A program made the translations under genes and the position numbers. The notes under the pieces were generated by a model. That model saw only the letters and a program-made list of their open reading frames with translations. It was not told the DNA's origin and searched no databases. 64,000 nt of DNA from Aggregatilineales bacterium (lineage in GTDB: Bacteria > Chloroflexota > Anaerolineae > Aggregatilineales > Phototrophicaceae). The DNA lies in assembly GCA_036734085.1 (NCBI GenBank), contig DAIMZF010000002.1:20404-84403 (forward strand), in the 5' to 3' direction. This document shows positions 56,713 to 64,000 of the stretch, piece after piece; within the stretch, counting starts at the first letter, position 1, and each line of letters begins with the position of its first letter.

Positions 56713-57516
56713 ATGAATGAACCAATCCAACTCAATTATGCCCATCACGGCAAAATCGCCACAGTGATTTTTAACCGTCCAAAAGTGCTGAACGCACTCA
56801 ACCGGGCGGCGATGGAGCAATTCGCCGTGATTGTCGACGAACTCCAACAAAATGACACAATCGCCGTCGTGATACTCACAGGGGCGGAACCACAGGCGTT
56901 TTGCAGTGGGGGTGACCTCAACGAACTGAGCAAGCTCACGACACAGGAAGACGCGCTGGACTTCATCACGCTGATGGGGGATGCTCTGCATCAGCTAGAG
57001 ACCCTGCCCGTACCCGTGATAGCCGCCATCAATGGCTATGCACTCGGCGGCGGTAGCGAGATAGCGATGGCGTGCGACATGCGTATTGTCGATCGTGCGG
57101 TGCGTATGGGCTTTGTGCAGGCTCGGTTGGCACTCACGCCTGGTTGGGGTGCGGGACAACGTTTACTAGGCATTGTGGGTTATGCACGGGCGATGGAGTT
57201 ATTGCTCCGTGCGGAAGCTATCGGCGCGGAAGAACTGCTGGCGCTTTATCTCGCCAATCAAATCGCCGCCGAAGGCGAAGCATATCTAGTGGCGCTTGAA
57301 CTGGCACAGCGCATTTCTGGATGGGATGCGGATGTTGTTAAAGGCATTAAGCGTCTGCTTCGGGCGGGCATCACCCATCCCTATGCACAAGCGCATCGTA
57401 TCGAACGCGACATATTCCCGCCATTGTGGGCGGCACAACCTCATCTGGATGCTGTAGCCGAATTCCTGAAACAACAACGCCATAAACAGGCACAGAAGGG
57501 TAATGACCAGCCATGA
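56713..57516 (+). CDS. Enoyl-CoA hydratase/isomerase (crotonase) family protein
   Basis: 267-aa ORF with FCSGGDL and INGYALGGGSEIAMACD. Confidence 0.85.
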   Translation: MNEPIQLNYAHHGKIATVIFNRPKVLNALNRAAMEQFAVIVDELQQNDTIAVVILTGAEPQAFCSGGDLNELSKLTTQEDALDFITLMGDALHQLETLPVPVIAAINGYALGGGSEIAMACDMRIVDRAVRMGFVQARLALTPGWGAGQRLLGIVGYARAMELLLRAEAIGAEELLALYLANQIAAEGEAYLVALELAQRISGWDADVVKGIKRLLRAGITHPYAQAHRIERDIFPPLWAAQPHLDAVAEFLKQQRHKQAQKGNDQP

Positions 57517-58283
57517 ATAGTTTTTATCACACCATCGCCCACTATTATGATGCAGAAAATAAGGGGAAGGACGATGACACTGCGCTTTACCTGGAACTTG
57601 CGGAGCAAGAAGGCGCACAGCGCATCATGGATATTGGCTGTGGCACAGGCCGCGTGATGGTTCCATTGGCGGATAAGGGATATACCGTACATGGCATTGA
57701 TAGCGAATCCGCGATGCTGGAAATTGCGGAACGCTACCGCGCACAATCGCCCGCCCGCCAGCATAATATGGTTCTGCATCTGGGCGATGTACGCAATTAC
57801 ACGTTAGACGAAAAATTTGACCTGATGCTGATTCCGTATAACGGGCTGATGCACTTCCACACACAGGAGGAGCAAATCGGCGTGTTAAAGCGTGTACGCG
57901 CATGGACGGCGGACGATGGCTTAATGGTGTTGGATTTACCCAACGCGGGCGAAGTCTTCGCCACGCCGGAGACAAGCGCCTTGACGTTCGAGCGTACATT
58001 TTTAGAGCCGGACTCCGGCCATCTGGTGATGCAGATGTCTTACAGTTATCTGGATCGCACTTCACAGACCTTCCGCGTGACGTGGATTTATGATGAGGTT
58101 ACCGCCGATGGCACAGTCAAGCGCACGTCCGCGCCGCTTGTCTTGCATTATTACTTCTACCCGGAAGTGAAGTTGTTGTTGGAGCGTAGCGGCTTTGAAG
58201 TTGAGGCCGTCTATGGTGATACGGAGTACAACCCATTTGAGGATGGTTGCGAACGCATGATTGTTTTCGCCCGCCCGGTTTAA
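57513..58283 (+). CDS. Class I SAM-dependent methyltransferase
   Basis: 256-aa ORF with an ATGA overlap onto the upstream gene and motif I IMDIGCGTGR. Confidence 0.8.
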   Translation: MNSFYHTIAHYYDAENKGKDDDTALYLELAEQEGAQRIMDIGCGTGRVMVPLADKGYTVHGIDSESAMLEIAERYRAQSPARQHNMVLHLGDVRNYTLDEKFDLMLIPYNGLMHFHTQEEQIGVLKRVRAWTADDGLMVLDLPNAGEVFATPETSALTFERTFLEPDSGHLVMQMSYSYLDRTSQTFRVTWIYDEVTADGTVKRTSAPLVLHYYFYPEVKLLLERSGFEVEAVYGDTEYNPFEDGCERMIVFARPV

Positions 58284-58289
58284 TTGCCT

Positions 58290-59294
58290 ATGACAAAAAC
58301 CCTGATTTTTTTGCTTTGTTTGGTTGTGCTGGCCGGATGCGATTCGCTTGAATTGGAAGACGATGCCGAGCCGACATGGTTCTTCACCGGCCCGACGATC
58401 CAACCCACACGTTCCCCCGTTATTGCATTGGCGACAAATCCGGCAGAAAGCCCACTGACCGGGCCGGGACAGAATGACCCGACGGCGGCGGCACTCCCGG
58501 CGAATAGTAGCCTGCCGCCTGTGGTCATGGGAGAACTTCAGCCGGGTGTGCGGATGGTACAGATTTCATTGACGGCTGGCAGAACGGCACTAGGCTATCT
58601 TTATGAGAGTGTCCCGTTAGACATTGAAGGTTTCATCATCCCGGCACGCTATCCCGGTGTGCTACTGCTGGGCGCGACCCGTGAGGCATGGGGCGGCTTC
58701 CCGCAACGCCTGCTCAATAGTGGGAATTCTGTGCTGTTGGTTGAAACAGAGAATCTGTTTGTAGAAGATTTCCAGGATATTTTTATATCCTTGCAGGAGG
58801 CAGGCACAGTCGATGCGGGTGCAATGGCCGTTATCGGCGCGGAAGCTGGCGCGGATTTAGCGATTGCTGGCTGTGCTTTGGTGTTGGGGTGCGATGCGGT
58901 GGTTCTGCTCAGTCCATCTGGTAGTGATGCCGTGCTCAACGCGATGCGGAACTATACGCCGCGCCCGGCGTTTTTAGCCGCCAGCAATACAGACACCGCC
59001 TCTTATCAGGCGGTTCAAACGTTATATCAGGCATCCGTGACGGAAAATACCGAATTGGCGATGTTGCTCAACGCCGGGCGCGGGGCGGAGATTTTTACCA
59101 ATAGTGAGCAATTCACGGTACAAGTCATCAACTGGCTGAGCGATATTCTGTTAGAGGAGCTTACACCCTTGCCTCCTGAGGATATTATCGCGCCTGGTTT
59201 TGACCTCAACCTCATTAACCCGGATTTAGATGCCCCGTTTGACCCTGGCTTTGGCCTTGAATTTGAATTTAATTTTGATGATGAGGATTTTTAA
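58290..59294 (+). CDS. Lipoprotein with a degenerate alpha/beta-fold-like core and an acidic/aromatic tail
   Basis: ATG 58290 is preferred over TTG 58284. The lipobox is LAGC. The strand/elbow pattern is PGVLLLG...VLLVE...AVIGAEAGADLA...AVVLLSPSG. The C-terminus ends in FEFNFDDEDF. Confidence 0.5.
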   Translation: MTKTLIFLLCLVVLAGCDSLELEDDAEPTWFFTGPTIQPTRSPVIALATNPAESPLTGPGQNDPTAAALPANSSLPPVVMGELQPGVRMVQISLTAGRTALGYLYESVPLDIEGFIIPARYPGVLLLGATREAWGGFPQRLLNSGNSVLLVETENLFVEDFQDIFISLQEAGTVDAGAMAVIGAEAGADLAIAGCALVLGCDAVVLLSPSGSDAVLNAMRNYTPRPAFLAASNTDTASYQAVQTLYQASVTENTELAMLLNAGRGAEIFTNSEQFTVQVINWLSDILLEELTPLPPEDIIAPGFDLNLINPDLDAPFDPGFGLEFEFNFDDEDF

Positions 59295-59356
59295 AGGGAT
59301 GGCACAGGCAACTAGGCCAAAACAGACCATCCCCTAAGTAAACTCAGTGCGCTGGT

Positions 59357-61927
59357 TTAACTGCGTAACTGTGCGCCGAGTCGCTTCTCCGCCGCCTTGA
59401 CGATTTTATTCCGCAAGCTGGCGACTTCTTTATCTTTCAGTGTGCGTTCGTCTGTCTGATAGGTCAGGCTGTAGGCAAGGCTCTTTGTGCCTTCCGGGAT
59501 GGACTTGCCGCGATACACGTCGAAAAGTGTCACATCCTTCAGCAAATCGCCGCCCGCCTCCTGGATTACGCGCAGAACATCATCGGCAGGTGTCGCCTCC
59601 GCCACCACCAGCGCAATATCTTCATAAATAGCAGGCGTGATGGGCAATGCGCGCAAGCGGAAGTCTCCCTGTGCTTTGTCCAGCAGGGCGTCCAGGTCAA
59701 TCTCCGCAACGAGCGTGACGTTCTTAAGGTCAAATGCGCGTGCGACAAGTGGGTGCAACTCCCCGAATGTGCCGAGCTTGCGCTTGCCACTTTTGATTAA
59801 GGCGGAACGTCCCGGATGAAAACTCGGATGCTCCGCACGGGCGTAATGGACATCCGGGATGTGCAGGCCATTGACCAGCCCTTCGATGATGCCCTTCAAA
59901 TCGTAGAAGTCAAAATCGCCCTGTGCGCTGTCGCCCATCCATTCCGGCAAATCACGCGGGCCGCTGATGAGAATTCCCAATCGACGCGGCTCATCGGGCA
60001 GGGGTTGCCCATCTTTCTTGAAATATACACTGCCGATTTCAAATACCTGTTGGCGCTGGTTGTAACGCTGGTTGTTGGCCGCATTCTCTAACAAGCTGGT
60101 CAAAATACTATGGCGAAGCACGGTTTTATCACTAGAGATAGGATTCGCCATTTCCACATAACCGTGTGCTTGCCAGTTCGCCTGACCGGACGGTACGAGT
60201 TCTGCTTCCCGCGCAGGTGTAGTAAAGCGATAGCTGATTGTCTCCCGCAAGCCGAGTGCAACCAGTAAATCGCGGGTGCGTTCTTCCTGTTGAAGCGCGA
60301 CATTCTCCCATTGGGGCGGCATTGCGTCGTCCATGATGGTATTCGGGATGGCATCGTAGCCATGAATACGCGCAATTTCTTCGATGAGGTCAGCCTGGCC
60401 GATAACCGGGTCTGCGCTGATGTCCATGCGGTGTTCGGGCACAACCACGCGCACCATGTCACCGCTAATAGTCACATCACACTGTAAGCGCGTCAAAATG
60501 TCTGCAATGTCTTCCACTTTGAAGTCCATCCCCAACAGGCGCTGAACTTCCGACGTGTATAAATCCACACGCACGGTTTCCGGCTGATTCGGATACGAAT
60601 CAATCGTGCCTTGCGCCACTTGTCCGCCACCGCTCCGGCGCATCATTTCAATGCCACGCCCGACACCTAAAATCGCCTGGCTGGGATGCACACCGCGACT
60701 AAAGCGCGTACCCGCATCTGTGAAGACCTTCTGTGATTGCATCGTGCGGCGGATGTTGATGAAGTTCCAGTTCGCGGCTTCCAGCAGGACATTGGTTGTC
60801 TCATCACTTATTTCAGTCTCCGCACCGCCGATGATGCCGCCCATGCTTAACACACCCGCCGTATCACATACAAGGATGTTATGCGGCTCCAGTTTGCGCG
60901 TAACTTCGTCCAGTGTTGCCAGCGTTTCCCCGCTATGGGGCAGGCGCGTGATGATGGTCGGCGCTTTGCCACCTGCGCGGGCTTTGAGCTTGTCATAGTC
61001 GAAGGCGTGCAACGGCTGACCGATTTCAAACGTGATGTAGTTGGTCACATCCACAATGTTATTGATAGGGCGTTGGCCGACGAGCTTCAGGCGGCGTTGC
61101 ATCCACTCCGGCGAAGGCTGAATTTTTGTATCGCGCAGGAGTGCCAGCGTAAAACGTGGGTTAAGCGTCGGCTCCTGGATTTCGATTGTGGCTGTGCCTT
61201 CGATGCTTGCGCCTTCCGCAAGGAAGTCATAAGCGGGTTCTTTGATGGGCTTATCCAGCAACGCGGCGATCTCTCGTGCAACGCCTAACACACTAAAGCA
61301 CCGCGCTAAATTCGGCGTCAGTTCAATATCCAGTATCACATCGCCCAACACATCCTGAAGCGGCGTGCCGGGTGCATAGGGCGTGCCGCCATCAGGCGCG
61401 ATAGGGGCTTCGAACATCAGAATGACGCCGTCGTGTTCATCGCTGATGCCTAACTCTTTATCGGAACACACCATGCTTTTGTTGAACACCCCCCGCAGAT
61501 TACGCCCCTTCAAAATCATGCGTTTGGGTTCTTCGCTGTGGCCGTCCCACACTTCCGCGCCTTCCAAAGCGAGCGCCGTCCATAAGGGCGGGTTTAGTTC
61601 ACCCTTGCCTTTGTATTCAAATAAATTCGGCGCACCCGTGACACATTCTTCTAATTCCGCGCCGCCGAAGTCCACGACAGCCAACACCAGCCTGTCCGCG
61701 TCCGGGTGCGGTTTAACCTCCCGGATAGCGCCGAGCAGTAATTTTTCTCTGTCCCACACCAGATGCTCACTGTTCGGCCAGCGCACCCCTTCCACAAAGC
61801 CCTGCGGCACACCGACATAATTCAGGTGGGCGACTTCCAACCCGGCTACAGTCAGCTTTTCTGCTAACAATTCCACCGGAACATCAATCTCGACAAATTC
61901 TCGTAACCATGAAAGCGGTATGAGCAT
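59357..61927 (-). CDS. pheT: Phenylalanine--tRNA ligase beta subunit
   Basis: 856-aa ORF. The N-terminus MLIPLSWLREFV is typical of PheT. B3/4, B5 and FDX-ACB-like regions are present. It lies 15 nt downstream of pheS. Confidence 0.9.
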   Translation of the reverse strand: MLIPLSWLREFVEIDVPVELLAEKLTVAGLEVAHLNYVGVPQGFVEGVRWPNSEHLVWDREKLLLGAIREVKPHPDADRLVLAVVDFGGAELEECVTGAPNLFEYKGKGELNPPLWTALALEGAEVWDGHSEEPKRMILKGRNLRGVFNKSMVCSDKELGISDEHDGVILMFEAPIAPDGGTPYAPGTPLQDVLGDVILDIELTPNLARCFSVLGVAREIAALLDKPIKEPAYDFLAEGASIEGTATIEIQEPTLNPRFTLALLRDTKIQPSPEWMQRRLKLVGQRPINNIVDVTNYITFEIGQPLHAFDYDKLKARAGGKAPTIITRLPHSGETLATLDEVTRKLEPHNILVCDTAGVLSMGGIIGGAETEISDETTNVLLEAANWNFINIRRTMQSQKVFTDAGTRFSRGVHPSQAILGVGRGIEMMRRSGGGQVAQGTIDSYPNQPETVRVDLYTSEVQRLLGMDFKVEDIADILTRLQCDVTISGDMVRVVVPEHRMDISADPVIGQADLIEEIARIHGYDAIPNTIMDDAMPPQWENVALQQEERTRDLLVALGLRETISYRFTTPAREAELVPSGQANWQAHGYVEMANPISSDKTVLRHSILTSLLENAANNQRYNQRQQVFEIGSVYFKKDGQPLPDEPRRLGILISGPRDLPEWMGDSAQGDFDFYDLKGIIEGLVNGLHIPDVHYARAEHPSFHPGRSALIKSGKRKLGTFGELHPLVARAFDLKNVTLVAEIDLDALLDKAQGDFRLRALPITPAIYEDIALVVAEATPADDVLRVIQEAGGDLLKDVTLFDVYRGKSIPEGTKSLAYSLTYQTDERTLKDKEVASLRNKIVKAAEKRLGAQLRS

Positions 61928-61942
61928 CTGAAATTTTCTCCC

Positions 61943-62977
61943 TTAAAACTGGCTCAAGAAGCGTAAATCGTTACCCCAGAAGTAGCGAATGTCGGTGATG
62001 CCATGTTTCAGCATCGTGACGCGCTCCGGCCCCATGCCAAACGCGAACCCGCTCCATTCGCTGGGGTCGTAACCCCCGTTACGCAGAACTACCGGATGCA
62101 CCATACCGCTCCCTGCGACCTCTAACCATCCGGTATATTTGCACACACTACAGCCTTGTCCCCCGCACAGGAAGCACTCCACATCCACTTCCATGCTCGG
62201 CTCGGTGAATGGGAAGTACGACGCCCGAAAGCGTACCGCCGCATCCGGGCTGAACATCCGCTTCGCAAATTCCGTGATAGTGCCTTTGAGGTCACTCATG
62301 CGGATGTTGCGCCCAACGACCAACCCCTCCACCTGATGAAACTGTACTTCGCTCCGGTTGGTGATTTGCTCGAAGCGGTAGCACATGCCCGGCAAAATCA
62401 CGCGGATAGGCTGTGTGCCATCCGCCCCCAGTTCCTTCATTGCATGGATTTGTCCCGGTGAGGTGTGCGTGCGTAGGATGACGCCCTCATCTTTCGTGTA
62501 GAACGTATCCTGCATATCCCGTGCGGGGTGGTGGGGTGGGATGTTTAAGGCCGTGAAGTTGATGTCATCCAGTTCAACATCGCGGCTACGATAGACCTGA
62601 AAGCCCATATCCCCCCAGATTTCGTAGAAGCGGCGTAAAGTCTGGGTGGAAGGGTGTAGCCCGCCGCTTTGCCGTGTGCGTCCCGGCAGGGTTACGTCAA
62701 TTTCACCTTCTTCAAGGTCTTGTGCCAATAACGCGGCTTCTACGGCTTCGCGCCGTGCTTCGTAGGCGTCTTCCAGCTTAACCTTCACATCGTTGGCGGC
62801 CTTACCAAATGCCGGGCGTTCCTCTGCGGAAAGTGCGCCCATGCCACGCAACAACTGTGTAATTTCACCTTTTTTGCCGATAAAGCGACTCGACCACGCC
62901 TGTAAGCCTTCCGCATCCTGGACGGCCTCTAGCGCCGTTAGTGCCTCTTGCTCGATCGTTTGCAATTTGTCCAGCAT
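61943..62977 (-). CDS. pheS: Phenylalanine--tRNA ligase alpha subunit
   Basis: 344-aa ORF with class II motifs HPARDMQDTFY, YRFEQITNRSEVQFHQVEG and GFAFGMGPERV. Confidence 0.92.
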   Translation of the reverse strand: MLDKLQTIEQEALTALEAVQDAEGLQAWSSRFIGKKGEITQLLRGMGALSAEERPAFGKAANDVKVKLEDAYEARREAVEAALLAQDLEEGEIDVTLPGRTRQSGGLHPSTQTLRRFYEIWGDMGFQVYRSRDVELDDINFTALNIPPHHPARDMQDTFYTKDEGVILRTHTSPGQIHAMKELGADGTQPIRVILPGMCYRFEQITNRSEVQFHQVEGLVVGRNIRMSDLKGTITEFAKRMFSPDAAVRFRASYFPFTEPSMEVDVECFLCGGQGCSVCKYTGWLEVAGSGMVHPVVLRNGGYDPSEWSGFAFGMGPERVTMLKHGITDIRYFWGNDLRFLSQF

Positions 62978-63000
62978 ATTGACTCTTTACCCCCATCAAC

Positions 63001-63072
63001 TAAAAAACGCTTTCATCCATGAAGGACACACCATGCACATTGCACAATGTCTCGTTCAGGGACGAAAGCGTT
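63001..63072 (-). terminator. T-box-controlled intrinsic terminator
   Basis: 13-bp stem, AACGCUUUCGUCC / GGAUGAAAGCGUU, with one G-U pair, followed by UUUUUUA. It lies immediately upstream of the pheS start region. Confidence 0.8.
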
Positions 63073-63336
63073 ATAAACGGTCACTTTCGCGGTACCACCC
63101 TGATTGATGGCACATTTCCATAGGCCATCCACTTAGCCCCGACAATCATCGGGCGTGCCTGTGACGTTGGCACAATAACGGGCAAGACTACTAAGCTAGC
63201 GGTTTTTCCGCCCAGCCGTTCACCCCCCAACTCCAGAGGGAATTCCGCGTTTGTGCTTGCCACAGCTTGCAGTCTGGGGCTGTTGGCTCCCTGTTAGCAC
63301 ACATTCTCGCGGACTGTCTCTATCATCGCTTTTATA
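63001..63336 (-). promoter_or_regulatory. T-box riboswitch leader (Phe specifier) of pheST
   Basis: On the minus-strand RNA, GAUGA/AGAGA elements lie near the 5' end. A UUC codon (63240-63242) sits on the 3' side of stem I just below a CCGCG/CGCGG helix. The F-box CCGUUA is present. The T-box core is GGGUGGUACCGCGAAAG (about 63081-63100). The CGAAAG of the T-box can pair with the CUUUCG of the terminator 5' arm to form the antiterminator. The 5' boundary is approximate. Confidence 0.85.
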
Positions 63337-63342
63337 CGCGGT

Positions 63343-63372
63343 ATTATGCGGCAGGGCTAGCGGGGTTGTCAA
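63343..63372 (-). promoter_or_regulatory. Sigma70-type promoter of the pheST T-box leader
   Basis: On the minus strand: TTGACA (63372-63367), an 18-nt spacer, then CATAAT (63348-63343). Confidence 0.6.
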
Positions 63373-63424
63373 CCCTTTTGCCCCGCTTGACCCCTTGAGG
63401 TCATTTAAGGGTTGATTAAATCTC

Positions 63425-63453
63425 TTGACGACCGCTATACTATATGATAATGT
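63425..63453 (+). promoter_or_regulatory. Possible promoter of the HTH gene
   Basis: TTGACG (63425-63430) is followed by an AT-rich TATGATAATGT region. The -10 phasing is ambiguous: GATAAT with a 15-nt spacer or TAATGT with a 17-nt spacer. Confidence 0.3.
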
Positions 63454-63481
63454 GAGCATTAGTAGAAAAGGAATTAACATC

Positions 63482-63688
63482 ATGGAAAAGCCACGCATTG
63501 AAACAGGCGCGGTCTACTCTCGACAAGAAGCGGCAGAGGCACTGGGCATCAGCCTGAGTACCCTTAAGCGCCTCATCAAGAAAGGCCACCTGCGTGTGAG
63601 CAAACCGGACGGAATGCGCCGTGTGTTCATCACAGGCGAGAGTATCCTGGCGATGTTAAATTCAACATCTATCGAAAAAGGTGCATAA
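63482..63688 (+). CDS. Excisionase/MerR-superfamily-like HTH DNA-binding protein
   Basis: Start set to ATG 63482, with AAAGGAA upstream. YSRQEAAEALGISLSTLKRLIKKGHLRVSK resembles the HTH_17/excisionase-type helix-turn-helix. Confidence 0.55.
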   Translation: MEKPRIETGAVYSRQEAAEALGISLSTLKRLIKKGHLRVSKPDGMRRVFITGESILAMLNSTSIEKGA

Positions 63689-63698
63689 GGTAATCTAA

Positions 63699-63878
63699 AT
63701 GATTAATCAACGACTGCTACGAAATTACATATTCACACATACACCACCACTTAGTGGCGGTATTGTAGCCTCATATGCTGACGATATAGCGTCCGATATG
63801 AGTAGTGCGATTATGTTAGAACGTAGCTCCGTCGTGCGCCAGTCTGGTTATGTGGTGGAAGGAGGTCTGTACCTGTAA
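63699..63878 (+). CDS. Hypothetical 59-aa protein
   Basis: The ATG lies 10 nt after the HTH gene stop. The ORF is just under the track cutoff (MINQRLLRNYIFTHTPPLSGG...). A hairpin terminator follows. No family recognised. Confidence 0.3.
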   Translation: MINQRLLRNYIFTHTPPLSGGIVASYADDIASDMSSAIMLERSSVVRQSGYVVEGGLYL

Positions 63879-63929
63879 CAGGGATAGTACCGGCCACAAC
63901 CACATAGCCTGTCCTTATGGATGAAACAA

Positions 63930-63976
63930 AGGACGCGAGACTGCTAAGACCAAAAAAGCTGACTCGCGTCCTTTTT
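63930..63976 (+). terminator. Intrinsic terminator
   Basis: AGGACGCGAG / CTCGCGTCCT 10-bp stem with a 23-nt loop, followed by TTTT. Confidence 0.55.
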
Positions 63977-64000
63977 CATTAAATTAACAACCGAAACAAG

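Noticed and set aside
1-64000. Looked for CRISPR arrays, rRNA/tRNA genes, transposases, integrases, reverse transcriptases and long direct or inverted repeats.
   Set aside because: No regularly spaced repeats, tRNA-like GTTCGAATC arms, DDE/tyrosine-recombinase-like ORFs or RT motifs were seen by eye. Absence cannot be proven without tRNAscan, Infernal or repeat finders.

Overview
This is a 64-kb chromosomal segment from a moderately GC-rich bacterium. The gene content suggests Chloroflexota or a similar monoderm filamentous lineage: a T-box on pheST, a DUF4388/small-GTPase pair, a giant multi-GAF kinase and polytopic Ser/Thr kinases. That placement is inference only. I support about 50 CDSs. 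I saw no rRNA, tRNA, CRISPR array, transposase or integrase.

Recognisable housekeeping genes are pfk, fabI, bioY, xseAB, murJ, thiN, rnz and pheST. pheST has a Phe T-box leader, a promoter and a terminator.

Four blocks look accessory or poorly understood:
1. 736-7562: a secreted 1263-aa orphan, a beta-propeller::di-haem peroxidase fusion and a tail-anchored STAND-like ATPase.
2. 10438-16640: a 1052-aa orphan, a non-RD polytopic Ser/Thr kinase and an unannotated 50-aa poly-Asp microprotein.
3. 28297-43576: a tightly packed co-directional block behind a consensus promoter. It encodes a DUF4388/wHTH protein, a COG2229-type small GTPase, an alpha/beta hydrolase, an LbH protein, a homologue of cyanobacterial acyl-ACP reductase (no ADO partner), a REC-degenerate-GGDEF protein, a 2566-aa kinase with about 11 GAF modules, a CheY-like receiver and a Ser-less paralogous hydrolase. 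This is my best candidate for an undescribed system.
4. 44842-56610: an envelope-glycan block with four tandem clan GH-A-like paralogues, SH3b domains, a GT39-like transferase and an SGNH hydrolase.

All family calls rest on motif recognition by eye. No database search was run.
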